From: a plasmid
Length of the DNA stretch: 64,000 bases
Direction: 5' to 3' (one strand)
Sequence record: NZ_CP028351.1
In this document: positions 50,353-60,324 of the stretch, piece after piece
Layout of the letters: each line of letters begins with the position of its first letter
Position numbering within the stretch: the stretch's first letter is position 1
Notes under the pieces: generated by a model
Told to the model about the DNA's origin: nothing
Seen by the model: the letters and a program-made list of their open reading frames with translations, nothing else
Databases searched by the model: none
Program-made: the position numbers and the translations under genes

Positions 50353-51300
50353 ATGAAAAAAGTTTTACTCAGCGCTTTGATTATTGCCGCCCAGGCGGGT
50401 TTCGCGTTCAGCACCCAGGCAGCAGAAAAACCCGAGACAGTGAATATCGGTTTTCAGAAAGCCAATATTTTCGCGCTGCTGAAGTATCGCGGCACGCTGG
50501 ATCAGGAATTTAAAAAGCAGGGCATTGCGGTGCACTGGATTGAGTTCCCGGCCGGACCGCAGATGCTGGAGGGCTTAAACATCGGCAGTATCGATCTGGC
50601 CGCTACCGGCGACGCGCCACCGACGTTCGCGCAGGCCGCACAGGCCGATCTGGTTTATCTGGGACACTCGCCAGCTAACCCAAAAACCGAAGCGATTGTG
50701 GTGCCCGCTGACTCCCCGATTAAAAGCGTGGCGGATCTCAAAGGCAAGCGTGTGGCGCTGAACAAAGGCTCTGACGTTAACTATCTGCTGGTCACCGCGC
50801 TGGAGCAGGCAGGGCTGACCTATAAAGACATTACGCCGGTCTATCTCCCCCCTGCTGATGCGCGCGCCGCTTTCCAGCGCGGCGCGGTGGATGCCTGGGT
50901 CATCTGGGATCCCTACTACGCTGAAGTGGAAACTAATGCCCACGCGCGGCTGATTAAAAATGCTGAAGGGCTGGTGCCACACTACACCTTCTATCTTGCC
51001 AGTCGTAAGTTCGCGGAGCGCTATCCACACATCGCTTCTGAGGTGGTGGATGAGCTGGGTTCACTGAGTCAGTGGGCTAATCAAAATCAGGAAGAAGCCG
51101 CAAAAATCATGTCCACCTCAACCGGCCTGCCGCAGCCGATCTGGCAGCGCGCGCTGGCAAGGATGCCGTTTGGCGCGGAGCGGATGACGCCAGAAGTCTT
51201 CACCCAGCAGCAGGCGCTGGCAGATACCTTTACCCGGATTGGTCTGTTGCCGGTGAAAGTTGATATCCGCAGCGCGACATGGTCGCAGGATAAGAAGTAG
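50353..51300 (+). CDS. Periplasmic aliphatic sulfonate/NitT/TauA-family ABC substrate-binding protein (SsuA-like), orphan
   Basis: 315 aa from MKKVLLSALIIAAQAGFAFSTQA (AGGAACGAGAG RBS). SsuA/TauA-type SBP fold. No cognate permease or ATPase genes are adjacent. Confidence 0.8.
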   Translation: MKKVLLSALIIAAQAGFAFSTQAAEKPETVNIGFQKANIFALLKYRGTLDQEFKKQGIAVHWIEFPAGPQMLEGLNIGSIDLAATGDAPPTFAQAAQADLVYLGHSPANPKTEAIVVPADSPIKSVADLKGKRVALNKGSDVNYLLVTALEQAGLTYKDITPVYLPPADARAAFQRGAVDAWVIWDPYYAEVETNAHARLIKNAEGLVPHYTFYLASRKFAERYPHIASEVVDELGSLSQWANQNQEEAAKIMSTSTGLPQPIWQRALARMPFGAERMTPEVFTQQQALADTFTRIGLLPVKVDIRSATWSQDKK

Positions 51301-51659
51301 GCAAACATCAGTCGGATGTTTATCAGGATAAATGCCGCCTGACATCTGATGATAATCAGGCCCGGTAAATAGCAACAGGCGGCCTCGCTAATCCTGTTCC
51401 AGCATTAGCCCGGGACTTTACAGCAGGATGAGGATAAGCAGAACGGCAGAGAGAGATGAACGTTTTTTTAGCGAAGCGGTTTTACATTTCAGAGAGTTAC
51501 ATGATATTTCTTTTGACAGGCTGCGCCATAAGCTGTTCTACACTTACACTTTCAGTCACGCCGTTTGACTGAAAAAGCAGCATCACGAAGAAGGTGGTGA
51601 CGGCAATGCATCACGCAGTCGCCACCCTCAAAACTGATCATGCCTGTGAGGTAAACACT

Positions 51660-52793
51660 ATGAAAGCAGTTGTCTATAACGGACCTTTTGACGTTTCAGT
51701 CAAAGATGTCCCGGATCCGAAAATCGTTCGTCCCACCGATGTGATTGTCCGTATTACCACCACCAATATCTGCGGTTCTGACTTACATATGTACGAAGGG
51801 CGAACCAGCTTTGAGCAGGGTCGCATCTTCGGCCATGAGAATCTGGGCCAGGTTGTTGAAATTGGTAGCGGTGTAGATCGGATTAAAGTCGGTGATTATG
51901 TCTGCCTGCCCTTTAATGTCGGCTGCGGCTTCTGTGAAAACTGCGAGAAGGGGTTAACCGGTTACTGTCTTACGGCAAATCCGGGTACGGCCGGTGCCGC
52001 CTATGGCTTTGCGGAGATGGGCGAATGGGAGGGTGGACAGGCGGAGTTACTTCGTGTTCCTTTTGCTGACTTTAACTGCCTGGTACTGCCGCCGGATGCG
52101 GCAGAAAAGGAGGAAGACTACGTTATGCTGTCCGACATCTTCCCCACCGGCTGGCATGCCACTGAGCTGGCAGGCTTGCGCCCTGGCGAGAGTGTTGCCA
52201 TTTACGGCGCTGGCCCGGTCGGCTTAATGGCGGCGCACTCGGCCATGATTAAAGGCGCATCACAGGTCTTTGTGGTCGATACCCATCCGGACAGACTGGC
52301 GTTAGCCGAACAGCTTGGCGCTGTGGCAATTAATGGCGTGGGCGATGAGGCGGTCAATAAAATCCTCGAACTCACCGATGGACGCGGCACGGATTGCGGT
52401 TGCGAATGCGTGGGTTATCAGTGCTGCAATAAACATGGACACGAAGATAACTCCGCCACGCTGAACAGCCTTGTTGCATCAACTAAAGCCACGGGCGGTA
52501 TTGGTACGGTAGGCGTTTTTGTTCCTCAGGATCCGGGCGGGGCAACCGAACTGGCTAAAGAGGGCAAAGTGCCGTTCGATTTTGGTACGTTCTGGTTTAA
52601 AGGTCAGTCAATGAAGACCGGCCAGTGTAACGTGAAAGCCTACAACCGCCAGCTCGCAAGGCTTATCCATCAGGGCAGAGCCAATCCGTCGCAGATTATC
52701 TCGCATCGTCTTGCACTGACAGACGCTCCCGAAGGCTATAAGCATTTTGACAACCGGGATAATGGCTGGACAAAGGTTATCCTGAAACCCTGA
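51660..52793 (+). CDS. fdhA: Glutathione-independent formaldehyde dehydrogenase (Zn-dependent MDR family)
   Basis: 377 aa from MKAVVYNGPFD (GAGG RBS). TNICGSDLHMYEGR, GHENLGQVVE, PFNVGCGFCENCEKGLTGYCL, GGQAELLRVPFADFN and GAGPVGLMAAHSA are colinear with recalled P. putida FdhA. Confidence 0.8.
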   Translation: MKAVVYNGPFDVSVKDVPDPKIVRPTDVIVRITTTNICGSDLHMYEGRTSFEQGRIFGHENLGQVVEIGSGVDRIKVGDYVCLPFNVGCGFCENCEKGLTGYCLTANPGTAGAAYGFAEMGEWEGGQAELLRVPFADFNCLVLPPDAAEKEEDYVMLSDIFPTGWHATELAGLRPGESVAIYGAGPVGLMAAHSAMIKGASQVFVVDTHPDRLALAEQLGAVAINGVGDEAVNKILELTDGRGTDCGCECVGYQCCNKHGHEDNSATLNSLVASTKATGGIGTVGVFVPQDPGGATELAKEGKVPFDFGTFWFKGQSMKTGQCNVKAYNRQLARLIHQGRANPSQIISHRLALTDAPEGYKHFDNRDNGWTKVILKP

Positions 52794-53184
52794 GTCGTGA
52801 GGCATTGCGTATAAGCCACATTCAGGCGGAGATGAGAAGGAGAACTAAAAGCCTGTCTGTGGTTTGAAGCTTTATATCGCGTGTCATGACCTTGCCGAAG
52901 CTACCGGGTGTCGCGCACGTCATACTCAGCAGCTTTTTCTTAACTGAATTGGCGCTTTCCATTCCGGATAAACCGGCTTCTGTCAGTACGCCATGACTGG
53001 TTAACAGGTCTTATTACTCCAGCAACATCCCGGTCTTAATGGCGGTTTTCGCGGAGACGATGACGCTTTCCCATCGGGAATTCTGTCTGCCGGGTGTTGT
53101 GGGGTAAACTGACGGGGGTCGATAACTAAACCGCTTTCTGCTATATCTGTTGTGTTTCCAGGAGCATTTTAAGGACGAAAGGCA

Positions 53185-53499
53185 ATGAGAGTAAGTGAAG
53201 AAGCCCTGCTGCGCTCGGGCTTCAGCCCCGCAGACCTACGAAAAGTTAATAATAACCTTGCCAGCTATGGCGGCACCCTGGGAGATGCCATTCAGGATCT
53301 GTCCAGACGCTTCAGAATAGCGCTGACCGTGGTGCTGTGCTGTCTCGCTGTATTTATTTTTCTACTATTTGTTGGCTCCAGCGAAACGGTTTTTTCCGGG
53401 GGGATTGCGCTTCTCTGCGGTTGTGCGGTTGCCATTTTTGTTCAACCGCCAGTGTTGTCTTATAAGTCCTGGCGATACCAGAGAGCAAACAGAGATTAA
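53185..53499 (+). CDS. Small 2-TM membrane protein of unknown function
   Basis: 104 aa. Two hydrophobic helices (IALTVVLCCLAVFIFLLFVG; GIALLCGCAVAIFV). Convergent with the putative DUF4225-like gene, 8 bp between stop codons. Confidence 0.45.
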   Translation: MRVSEEALLRSGFSPADLRKVNNNLASYGGTLGDAIQDLSRRFRIALTVVLCCLAVFIFLLFVGSSETVFSGGIALLCGCAVAIFVQPPVLSYKSWRYQRANRD

Positions 53500-53507
53500 C
53501 GGCTACG

Positions 53508-54314
53508 TTAGTCGGTCGTGAGAAGGTCAAAAATCACTTTCGCTTTGACGCCATAATCCACGATTTTCATCGTTAATTTTGGTCTGCTCATGGTGTCAAC
53601 TTTCCGGTAGTAGTCACGGGGAAGCCACCGGAACAGACGCCACGCGCCGGGTTTTCTTGCCAGACCAAAAACACTGTAAACGCTGGCGCTCAGTGTTGCC
53701 GCATTGTAGAACGCCAGTCCTGTGTTCGGGCTGAATCCCATGAACTGCGCAGCTTCCATTGCCCCGTCTGCAAAAATTCCTTCAGAGTGTGACTCTGTGC
53801 CGTAACGGAGATGACTGACTTCCTTCGATATGCCATTTACGCCGTCAATGAACAGTGTGGCACCGGCCAGCATACCGATGGGAGTCATGGAAGAGATCAT
53901 GATCATCCCGCCGAACATGGCAACCCCGGACAAAACGATATGTACGGCAGAGATGACATACCCTACAATTTTGTTATTTTCTCGGATAAAATCCACTTTA
54001 GCGATGAGCTTTGCGGTCTGCATCCGTAGCAAGCGATCCTGCTCACGAAGGTTCTCAGTCTCTTCCCGAAGTTTTTTTATACAAGCTATACAGTCTTCAT
54101 CGGTCCTGGCCTGACGTGCTGCGGCAAATTGTTTCTCTACAACGTCCCTGATTTCCTGAACAAACTGAAGCCGGGTGAGGCTGTCGCGCAGATGAAAGCC
54201 TGAAATCACGTTAGCGGCTTCTATCAGCTTTCTCGCTTCCATATTGACCATCGTTTCGGCCCATGCCCGGTTACGGCCACCTGAACGCATCATTGAAAGT
54301 AACGCAGCATCCAT
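53508..54314 (-). CDS. Membrane protein with N-terminal coiled coil and Gly-rich TM hairpin (possibly DUF4225 family, from memory and unverified)
   Basis: 268 aa from MDAALLSMMRSGGRN (GGGAGAG RBS). Coiled-coil segment KLREETENLREQDRLLRMQTAKLIAKVDFIRENNK, then IVGYVISAVHIVLSGVAMFGGMIMISSMTPIGMLAGATLFIDGVNGI. The ORF track's longer 333-aa version lacks an RBS. Confidence 0.45.
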   Translation of the reverse strand: MDAALLSMMRSGGRNRAWAETMVNMEARKLIEAANVISGFHLRDSLTRLQFVQEIRDVVEKQFAAARQARTDEDCIACIKKLREETENLREQDRLLRMQTAKLIAKVDFIRENNKIVGYVISAVHIVLSGVAMFGGMIMISSMTPIGMLAGATLFIDGVNGISKEVSHLRYGTESHSEGIFADGAMEAAQFMGFSPNTGLAFYNAATLSASVYSVFGLARKPGAWRLFRWLPRDYYRKVDTMSRPKLTMKIVDYGVKAKVIFDLLTTD

Positions 54315-54660
54315 TTTTACTCTCCCTGTTGATTTTACCGTTCCAGAGGTAATAAACCATTCTCTTCGTGTGTAAACCATACACCAGGGAGGGAAGGAGC
54401 AGACGTTATAATGGGATATATCCAGATGCTGTTTAGCTGAGAATTGAGAAAAATAGTCCACCTTTGATGTATCTAATTGATATTTAACATAATTAGTATT
54501 GTGCGCCATACCTCCAGGCTTAAGTTATATTTGGTTTTGCCAATCTACCTTCAACCTATCGCTGCCCCCAAATCTTGAGTAAACCTCTTCAGTGTCCTAC
54601 CTTCAGATAGCGTCTGACAAAGCCTCACAATCACACCCAATACATCAGCCGGAGGCCCCC

Positions 54661-55362
54661 ATGACCCGCATTCATAACCCCGAACCCTGTAGCGGCACCC
54701 TGTTTTTCGATGTCAATGAAACCCTTCTGGACACCACCGAACTCAATCAGGTTGTTGCTCAGCGCCTCGGCAACCGGCCGGAGCGCGCCGAGGCCTGGTT
54801 TACCTCGCTGTTGCATCATTCACTGGTCGAGTCAGTGACGGGCAGCTGGCACAGCTTTGGTGATATTGCCGAAGCGGTACTGAAGATGACCGCTGCGCGT
54901 TACGGCGTCACTCTGCCAGCTGACGCGACGCCGCTGGCTGACATTATTGCAGCGATGCCCGCCCATCCGGACGTTGCCGCAGGACTGACTGCCCTGAAGC
55001 AGCAGGGATTTACGCTGGTTGCGCTGACCAACTCCTCAGCCGCGCTGGCAGAAAAACAGCTCAGTTCAGCCGGGCTGGCACCGCTGTTCACCCGCATCCT
55101 TAGCGTGGAACAGGTGCAGGTCTATAAGCCCGATCTCAGAGTCTATCAGTGGGCAATGAAAGAGATGGGCAAGCCCGCCGCAATGTGCATGATGGTAGCG
55201 GCGCATGGCTGGGATGTGGGCGGCGCAAAACGTTCAGGGATGAAAACCGCTTTTGTCAGCCGTCAGGGACAGGTACCTTATCCGCTGGCACCTGCACCCG
55301 ATTTGATTGTCAGCGATATCCAGGCGCTGGCCGCACAGCTCAAACCGCTCTGCGGAGCATAG
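54661..55362 (+). CDS. HAD-superfamily hydrolase, haloacid dehalogenase type II-like
   Basis: 233 aa from MTRIHNPEP (GGAGG RBS). HAD motif I FFDVNETLLD, motif II LTNSS, and a C-terminal K...G.D pattern (YKPDLRVYQWAMKEMG...VAAHGWDVGGAKRSGMKTAFV). Confidence 0.7.
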   Translation: MTRIHNPEPCSGTLFFDVNETLLDTTELNQVVAQRLGNRPERAEAWFTSLLHHSLVESVTGSWHSFGDIAEAVLKMTAARYGVTLPADATPLADIIAAMPAHPDVAAGLTALKQQGFTLVALTNSSAALAEKQLSSAGLAPLFTRILSVEQVQVYKPDLRVYQWAMKEMGKPAAMCMMVAAHGWDVGGAKRSGMKTAFVSRQGQVPYPLAPAPDLIVSDIQALAAQLKPLCGA

Positions 55363-55393
55363 TGCACAGGGATTCCCGGTGAAACCCAGGCAG

Positions 55394-56923
55394 TCAGTCT
55401 GCCTGAGACTCAAACGCCGATCTGACCGCTTCCACGATACGCCCGGACAGCGTCGCATCGTCCAGCAACGGGAACGTTTTTTTAAGCTTGCCGGAGATTT
55501 GCCAGCCATTTTCCTTCAGCGAACGAATAATGCGACTCGCGTCCTGATCGGGCATTTCAATGACTTCCTTCAGGCGCTGCTGTGCATGCTGAAATATCAC
55601 CAGTACGCGCGCTTCATCAGCCATCTCTTTTCGGACGGTGTGCTCTATAACTTTGCAGGTATAGAGCACATGCTCGGTTAAGTCGGGATAGCGCCAGGCG
55701 AAACGGGCATCCTCATAGTCGCTGAAACTGAAGTTGCTCAGCGTGCCATCTTCATAGGTTTTGAGCTCACTAAATCGATAGCAGCCTGCATAGCGCCGCA
55801 TCAGCCGTTTCGAGAACACGTCCAGCGTGCGGTCGTAGCCGACCCGAAAATCCATCGAGCTGGTGATGGTGGCTGAGACCGGCAGGATGACTCCATCCGG
55901 TATCGCCCCGTCACGAATCAGCGTGTCATTGATTAAAAACCGGTGGATGCGACCATTGCCATCACGCATCGGATGGATATAGACGAAGCCAAACGCAATA
56001 ACCGCGGCACGGGCCAGTGGCGCAGCGCCCTGTGTCGCCAGGTCAAAGGCTTTCAGGCCCTGCATGAAGCGAGGAACATCATCATAGTGTGGCGCAATAT
56101 AGTGGACGATATCTTCACGCATTGTCGACTGCCCGACAAACACGGGTGAGCGGCGCAGGCCCAGTCCCAGTGCGTCCTGGCCAAGAATGCCCTGCTGTAT
56201 GGTATGCAGGCTGCTATCACTGAGCGGATCGTCAAGCTGTCCGCAATACTGCGCAATAACGTGAGCAAAACGCTGAATGCGGTCGCCCTGATCCGACTCT
56301 TTCTCAATCAGAAAACTGGCGCGCGACTCTTTAAATGTCAGCCAGCTGGCAGTGCGCATCAGAATGTCTGCACCAAAGGCGTTATCCAGATCGTTTAAGG
56401 CATCATGGAGATCGAACGTAAGCGCCTGCTCAACGGCCGCGGTTCTGCGCACCAGAGGGCAGAAATCCACCGATCCCGGCAGGTTATCATTGATGCGCCA
56501 GCGTCTGACGCGCTTTACTGTTGTTCGGGTCAGACAGGCTTTGGATGAAATGGCCTCAATATAGCCTCCATTGGTGACATCCGGTACCTGCAGCGTGTTG
56601 CCGGTCAGCCATTCATAGAAAAAGCCCGCCCGCCGCGCATACTGTCCGAACGGCTCCTGACGGCACCACGCCTCCAGCGGTTCCGGGCCGACAGCGGTAA
56701 ACAGGCGGGCAAAAAACTCCAGGTGAATCTCTTCATACTTAAGACCAAAGGCAAAGTGACCGGCAAAATCATCTTCCGGTTGATAGCCAGGTGGATAATG
56801 ATTTTCCACCTGCCCCTGACTCTCATGATGAGAGCGTACCGTTCCGATAGCTGACTTAACGCGTAATGGCTGCGCCAGTTTGATAGCATAACGTTCGCGC
56901 AGTGCGCTGAAGCCGACCAGCAT
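55394..56923 (-). CDS. Fic/DOC family protein (509 aa)
   Basis: Canonical Fic active-site motif HPMRDGNGRIHR (HPFx[DE]GNGRxxR with F->M). It has a long N-terminal extension and a C-terminal region. No adjacent small antitoxin-like ORF. Confidence 0.85.
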   Translation of the reverse strand: MLVGFSALRERYAIKLAQPLRVKSAIGTVRSHHESQGQVENHYPPGYQPEDDFAGHFAFGLKYEEIHLEFFARLFTAVGPEPLEAWCRQEPFGQYARRAGFFYEWLTGNTLQVPDVTNGGYIEAISSKACLTRTTVKRVRRWRINDNLPGSVDFCPLVRRTAAVEQALTFDLHDALNDLDNAFGADILMRTASWLTFKESRASFLIEKESDQGDRIQRFAHVIAQYCGQLDDPLSDSSLHTIQQGILGQDALGLGLRRSPVFVGQSTMREDIVHYIAPHYDDVPRFMQGLKAFDLATQGAAPLARAAVIAFGFVYIHPMRDGNGRIHRFLINDTLIRDGAIPDGVILPVSATITSSMDFRVGYDRTLDVFSKRLMRRYAGCYRFSELKTYEDGTLSNFSFSDYEDARFAWRYPDLTEHVLYTCKVIEHTVRKEMADEARVLVIFQHAQQRLKEVIEMPDQDASRIIRSLKENGWQISGKLKKTFPLLDDATLSGRIVEAVRSAFESQAD

Positions 56924-57069
56924 AGTGAACCCTTTATCCGTTGCCCAAAAACGATAACAATAAGGATTTTTAACACTAAAACGCTAATATGCCTATTGTG
57001 TCAGCATTAATTTCTATCCGAAAAGGGTAATAAAAAGGATTTATGATGCGGAAACGTTAATTTATTTGT

Positions 57070-57435
57070 TCAGGGCTTAACCACAATGCATAGCAGCCCG
57101 ATAACAATAATCGCTACGCCTGCCAGACTATGCCAGCTGAACGCCTCATGAAATACCGGCACGCAGACCGCCACCAGCCAGACCAGCAAGTAACTCAGGC
57201 TGAGCAGCGGATAGACCCGATTCAGCGGAAAATAGTGCAACGCGCGAATCCAGCAAAGCATTGAGACACCATACGCGCCCAGCCCGGCCACCAACAGCAA
57301 GGCGGGCAGTATGGCAACAGCTGGCAGAGACATGATGCTGCTGGCATCGGGCAGCCGCGGCATCGCCCAGCGCATCATTAATTGTGCCACTGAAACCAGC
57401 AGCACGCTGCACGCGACCCATCCGTATCCTTTCAT
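57070..57435 (-). CDS. arnF: 4-amino-4-deoxy-L-arabinose-phosphoundecaprenol flippase subunit ArnF
   Basis: 121 aa, 4-TM SMR-like protein directly after arnE. Its start overlaps the arnE stop. Confidence 0.85.
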   Translation of the reverse strand: MKGYGWVACSVLLVSVAQLMMRWAMPRLPDASSIMSLPAVAILPALLLVAGLGAYGVSMLCWIRALHYFPLNRVYPLLSLSYLLVWLVAVCVPVFHEAFSWHSLAGVAIIVIGLLCIVVKP

Positions 57436-57752
57436 AGCTGACTCGCCATCAGCGCCACACCCGTCACCACCAGCAGCGTGCCGGCGATCTGACGCAGCGT
57501 CAGCCTTTCACGCCACAGGATGCGTCCGGCCAGCGCAACGAAGATGAAGTTCAGGCTCAGCATCGGATAGGCCTGGCTGACAGGCACCCGCTGCAGCACC
57601 AGCAGCCAGAGGAGCATCGCAACGCCTAACAGCAGCACGCTCAACCCAATCCAGCTCAGGCGAATCCGGCGCGATGCCGCATGAGTCGCCTGTTTCTGGC
57701 ACAGCTGCGCACTGCAACTGAGCAGACTCACCAGCACAATCAGCAGCAGCAT
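57432..57752 (-). CDS. arnE: Flippase subunit ArnE
   Basis: 106 aa, 4-TM EamA/SMR-like protein. Its start overlaps the arnT stop. Confidence 0.85.
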   Translation of the reverse strand: MLLLIVLVSLLSCSAQLCQKQATHAASRRIRLSWIGLSVLLLGVAMLLWLLVLQRVPVSQAYPMLSLNFIFVALAGRILWRERLTLRQIAGTLLVVTGVALMASQL

Positions 57753-59419
57753 TACTTCATCTGACCGTAGTAGAGGCAGACCAGCCTGCCCTGACGATAG
57801 ACCGCATCAGGCACCGGCACATCCTCCCCGATATCGCTGTGAACCGAGTCGACCAGCAACAGCAGCGACACGCTTCCGGTACGGCGATGATCGGCAAGCC
57901 AGCCGCCGAAGTCCGTCTGAGAGACAAAGCGGGACTGCGCATCCGGGTAGCTCAGCCCATATTCCAGCTCGCCTTTGGTGTCGTAGAAGCCAATATCGCT
58001 GCGCTGCAGATGCCAGGCGACGGCAGAAGCCACGCCGGGATTGTCCGCCAGGATAAAGCGGCTGGAGGCCAGACGTGCGCTGATCGTGGCAACAAAGTGC
58101 TGCGGCTGTTTAGCGTCGCGGATTTTGTCCGGGATCGCAGCGCCAATAAGCAGTGCGACGCCCAGCGGGCAAAGCGCGGCCGCCAGCCAGCGGCGCTGTG
58201 AAGATCGGCAGCTGTATGCGCCCACCAGCCCCCAAATAAGAAATGCCAGCGCGCCCAGTACCAGCTTCAGCATCTCGTGTGTGGCGAACAGCGGATGATG
58301 CGTCACGCTCCAGGGCGCCAGCACCAGCAGCACCGTTGCCAGGGTGAGAATGCCGAAAATCAGGTTAAGCCAGCCATTAACGGTTAATGCGCGTCCTGCC
58401 CGCTGCGCGGCGTTCAGCCCATAGTGCGCCATCAGCAGCGACAGCGGCACAAAACAGGGCAGGATATAAGTCGGCAGCTTGCCCTTTGCCAGGCTGAAAA
58501 ACAGCAGTGGCATAACCGTCCAGCTCAGCAGATAAAGCGCGCCCGGATGCTGCTGACGCTCGCGCCAGCCGGTCATTAACGCGCCCGGTAACAGCGCCAG
58601 CCACGGCAGTGTGCCCAGCAGCAGAACCGGCAGGTAATACCAGAAAGGCGCCTTGTGCTGTGCATTCTCTTCAGCAAAGCGCTGGATATGCTCAACCCAG
58701 AAGAAGTAGTGCCAGAAATCGGGAGCCTGATGATAGATCGCCAGCGCCCAGGGCACGCTGATCGCTGCGGCTGAAAGTACCGCCAGCGGCCCGAAGCAGA
58801 GCAGCTCCGGAAGTCTCTTGCGCCAGATCGCCCACGGCAGAATCGCCAGCACCGGAACCGCCAGTGCCAGAAAGCCTTTGGTCATAAATCCCATGCCGCA
58901 GGCGAGACCCAGCAGCAGATAACCGCCCACACGGCCAGTTCGTCCGGTAGCCTCTGTTGCCAGCCAGAAGCTGCACATCGCCGCCGCCAGCCAGAGCATC
59001 AGCATAGGATCGAGCACCGCATAGGTACCCACGCCATAGACCAGCAGCGAACTGAGGAAAATCAGGGTGCCGACCGCGGCGGTGCGCGCCGAACCAAACA
59101 GCCGGCGGCCAAGCCAGAAGATCAGCGCAGCGGTGATCGCCGTGGAGAATATCGAACCCGCCCGCACGCCAAAATTGTTGTGGCCAAACAGCCACTGACC
59201 CAGCGAGTTAATCCAGTAACCCGCAACTGGTTTTTCAAAATAGCGCAGGCCAAAGAAGTGCGGTGTAATCCAGTTACCGGTCGCCAGCATCTCCCGGCTG
59301 ATCTCCGCATAGCGGGTCTCATCCGGTTGCCAGAGATCGCGGAACACTGGTGGAATAAGGTAATAGAGAATAAAGAAGCTGAAAAAAAGCACCCACATCG
59401 TGTTGTTACGTATCCGCAC
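57752..59419 (-). CDS. arnT: Undecaprenyl phosphate-alpha-4-amino-4-deoxy-L-arabinose arabinosyl transferase ArnT
   Basis: 555 aa polytopic GT-C glycosyltransferase (DETRYAEISREML.TGNW, PHFFGLRYFEKP) in the arn operon position. Confidence 0.9.
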   Translation of the reverse strand: MRIRNNTMWVLFFSFFILYYLIPPVFRDLWQPDETRYAEISREMLATGNWITPHFFGLRYFEKPVAGYWINSLGQWLFGHNNFGVRAGSIFSTAITAALIFWLGRRLFGSARTAAVGTLIFLSSLLVYGVGTYAVLDPMLMLWLAAAMCSFWLATEATGRTGRVGGYLLLGLACGMGFMTKGFLALAVPVLAILPWAIWRKRLPELLCFGPLAVLSAAAISVPWALAIYHQAPDFWHYFFWVEHIQRFAEENAQHKAPFWYYLPVLLLGTLPWLALLPGALMTGWRERQQHPGALYLLSWTVMPLLFFSLAKGKLPTYILPCFVPLSLLMAHYGLNAAQRAGRALTVNGWLNLIFGILTLATVLLVLAPWSVTHHPLFATHEMLKLVLGALAFLIWGLVGAYSCRSSQRRWLAAALCPLGVALLIGAAIPDKIRDAKQPQHFVATISARLASSRFILADNPGVASAVAWHLQRSDIGFYDTKGELEYGLSYPDAQSRFVSQTDFGGWLADHRRTGSVSLLLLVDSVHSDIGEDVPVPDAVYRQGRLVCLYYGQMK

Positions 59420-60324
59420 TAGTTCGCCTCTTCAGTCAGTTGCTGGCAACCCAGCCACCCTTCCCGTCCGGGGATTTCGCCTCTGACGACCCTGCCCACC
59501 GGTAACGTACTGAGATCGTCGGGCAGCAGCTCGCCTAATGGACAGAACTGGATGCCGTTACGTTCTGCAGCATCCAGCAGCCGGTCAAAGTCCGGGTAGC
59601 CGATGATCCCCTCGACTTCGGCATGTATGGTGTAAACCGCGCCCTCATCAGACGCGAGCATCTTCGCCAGAATGTAGTCGTTATACCCTTCTGCGCTGAC
59701 CTCGCGGCCAACCACTTCATCCCATGTGGGCAGCGTTACCGGGATCTGCACCGTGCCGATCTGCCCATCTGGCAGCAGGGGCCGGAACGGGCCGCTGCCG
59801 CGACAGTCGCTGTTGTAGTGAAAGCCGAAGTCCTGCTTGGCGGCGATCACCCGGCCATCGGCGCGCCAGCCTGCAACGGCCGAGCAGCTGACAGGGTGAC
59901 CGAGGATTTCACTCAGCGTTTCGGTGCCACGGGCTATCTGCTCAACCAGCTTATCCTGCGGCCAGACGCCTGCCCAGGTTTGCCAGGCAAAGTGGTCCCA
60001 GGCGTGCAGACCAACTTCATGCTGACGTGTGGCGTCCTGCATGATTTGCCGCAGGCCGCGTCCCATCAGCTTTCCCGGCCAGGCCGTGCCGGCGAGCAGA
60101 ATGTCCCAGCCATAGAGCGATGCGGCGCGTGAGCGCAGCATCTTCATGAGAAATGCCGGTTTCACCAGCCGCCAGAGATGGCGGCCCATGTTGTCCGGTC
60201 CCACGCTGAAGAAAAAGCTGCCCCGCACCGCATGACGCCGGAACAGCTCAAGCAGCGCCGGCACCCCCTGCTTCGTGCCGCGCCAGGTATCTACGTCAAT
60301 CCGCAGACCGATCTTCTTCATCAC
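59419..60324 (-). CDS. arnD: 4-deoxy-4-formamido-L-arabinose-phosphoundecaprenol deformylase ArnD
   Basis: 301 aa polysaccharide-deacetylase fold ([16 protein letters not shown]...) sitting between arnA and arnT. Confidence 0.9.
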   Translation of the reverse strand: MMKKIGLRIDVDTWRGTKQGVPALLELFRRHAVRGSFFFSVGPDNMGRHLWRLVKPAFLMKMLRSRAASLYGWDILLAGTAWPGKLMGRGLRQIMQDATRQHEVGLHAWDHFAWQTWAGVWPQDKLVEQIARGTETLSEILGHPVSCSAVAGWRADGRVIAAKQDFGFHYNSDCRGSGPFRPLLPDGQIGTVQIPVTLPTWDEVVGREVSAEGYNDYILAKMLASDEGAVYTIHAEVEGIIGYPDFDRLLDAAERNGIQFCPLGELLPDDLSTLPVGRVVRGEIPGREGWLGCQQLTEEAN

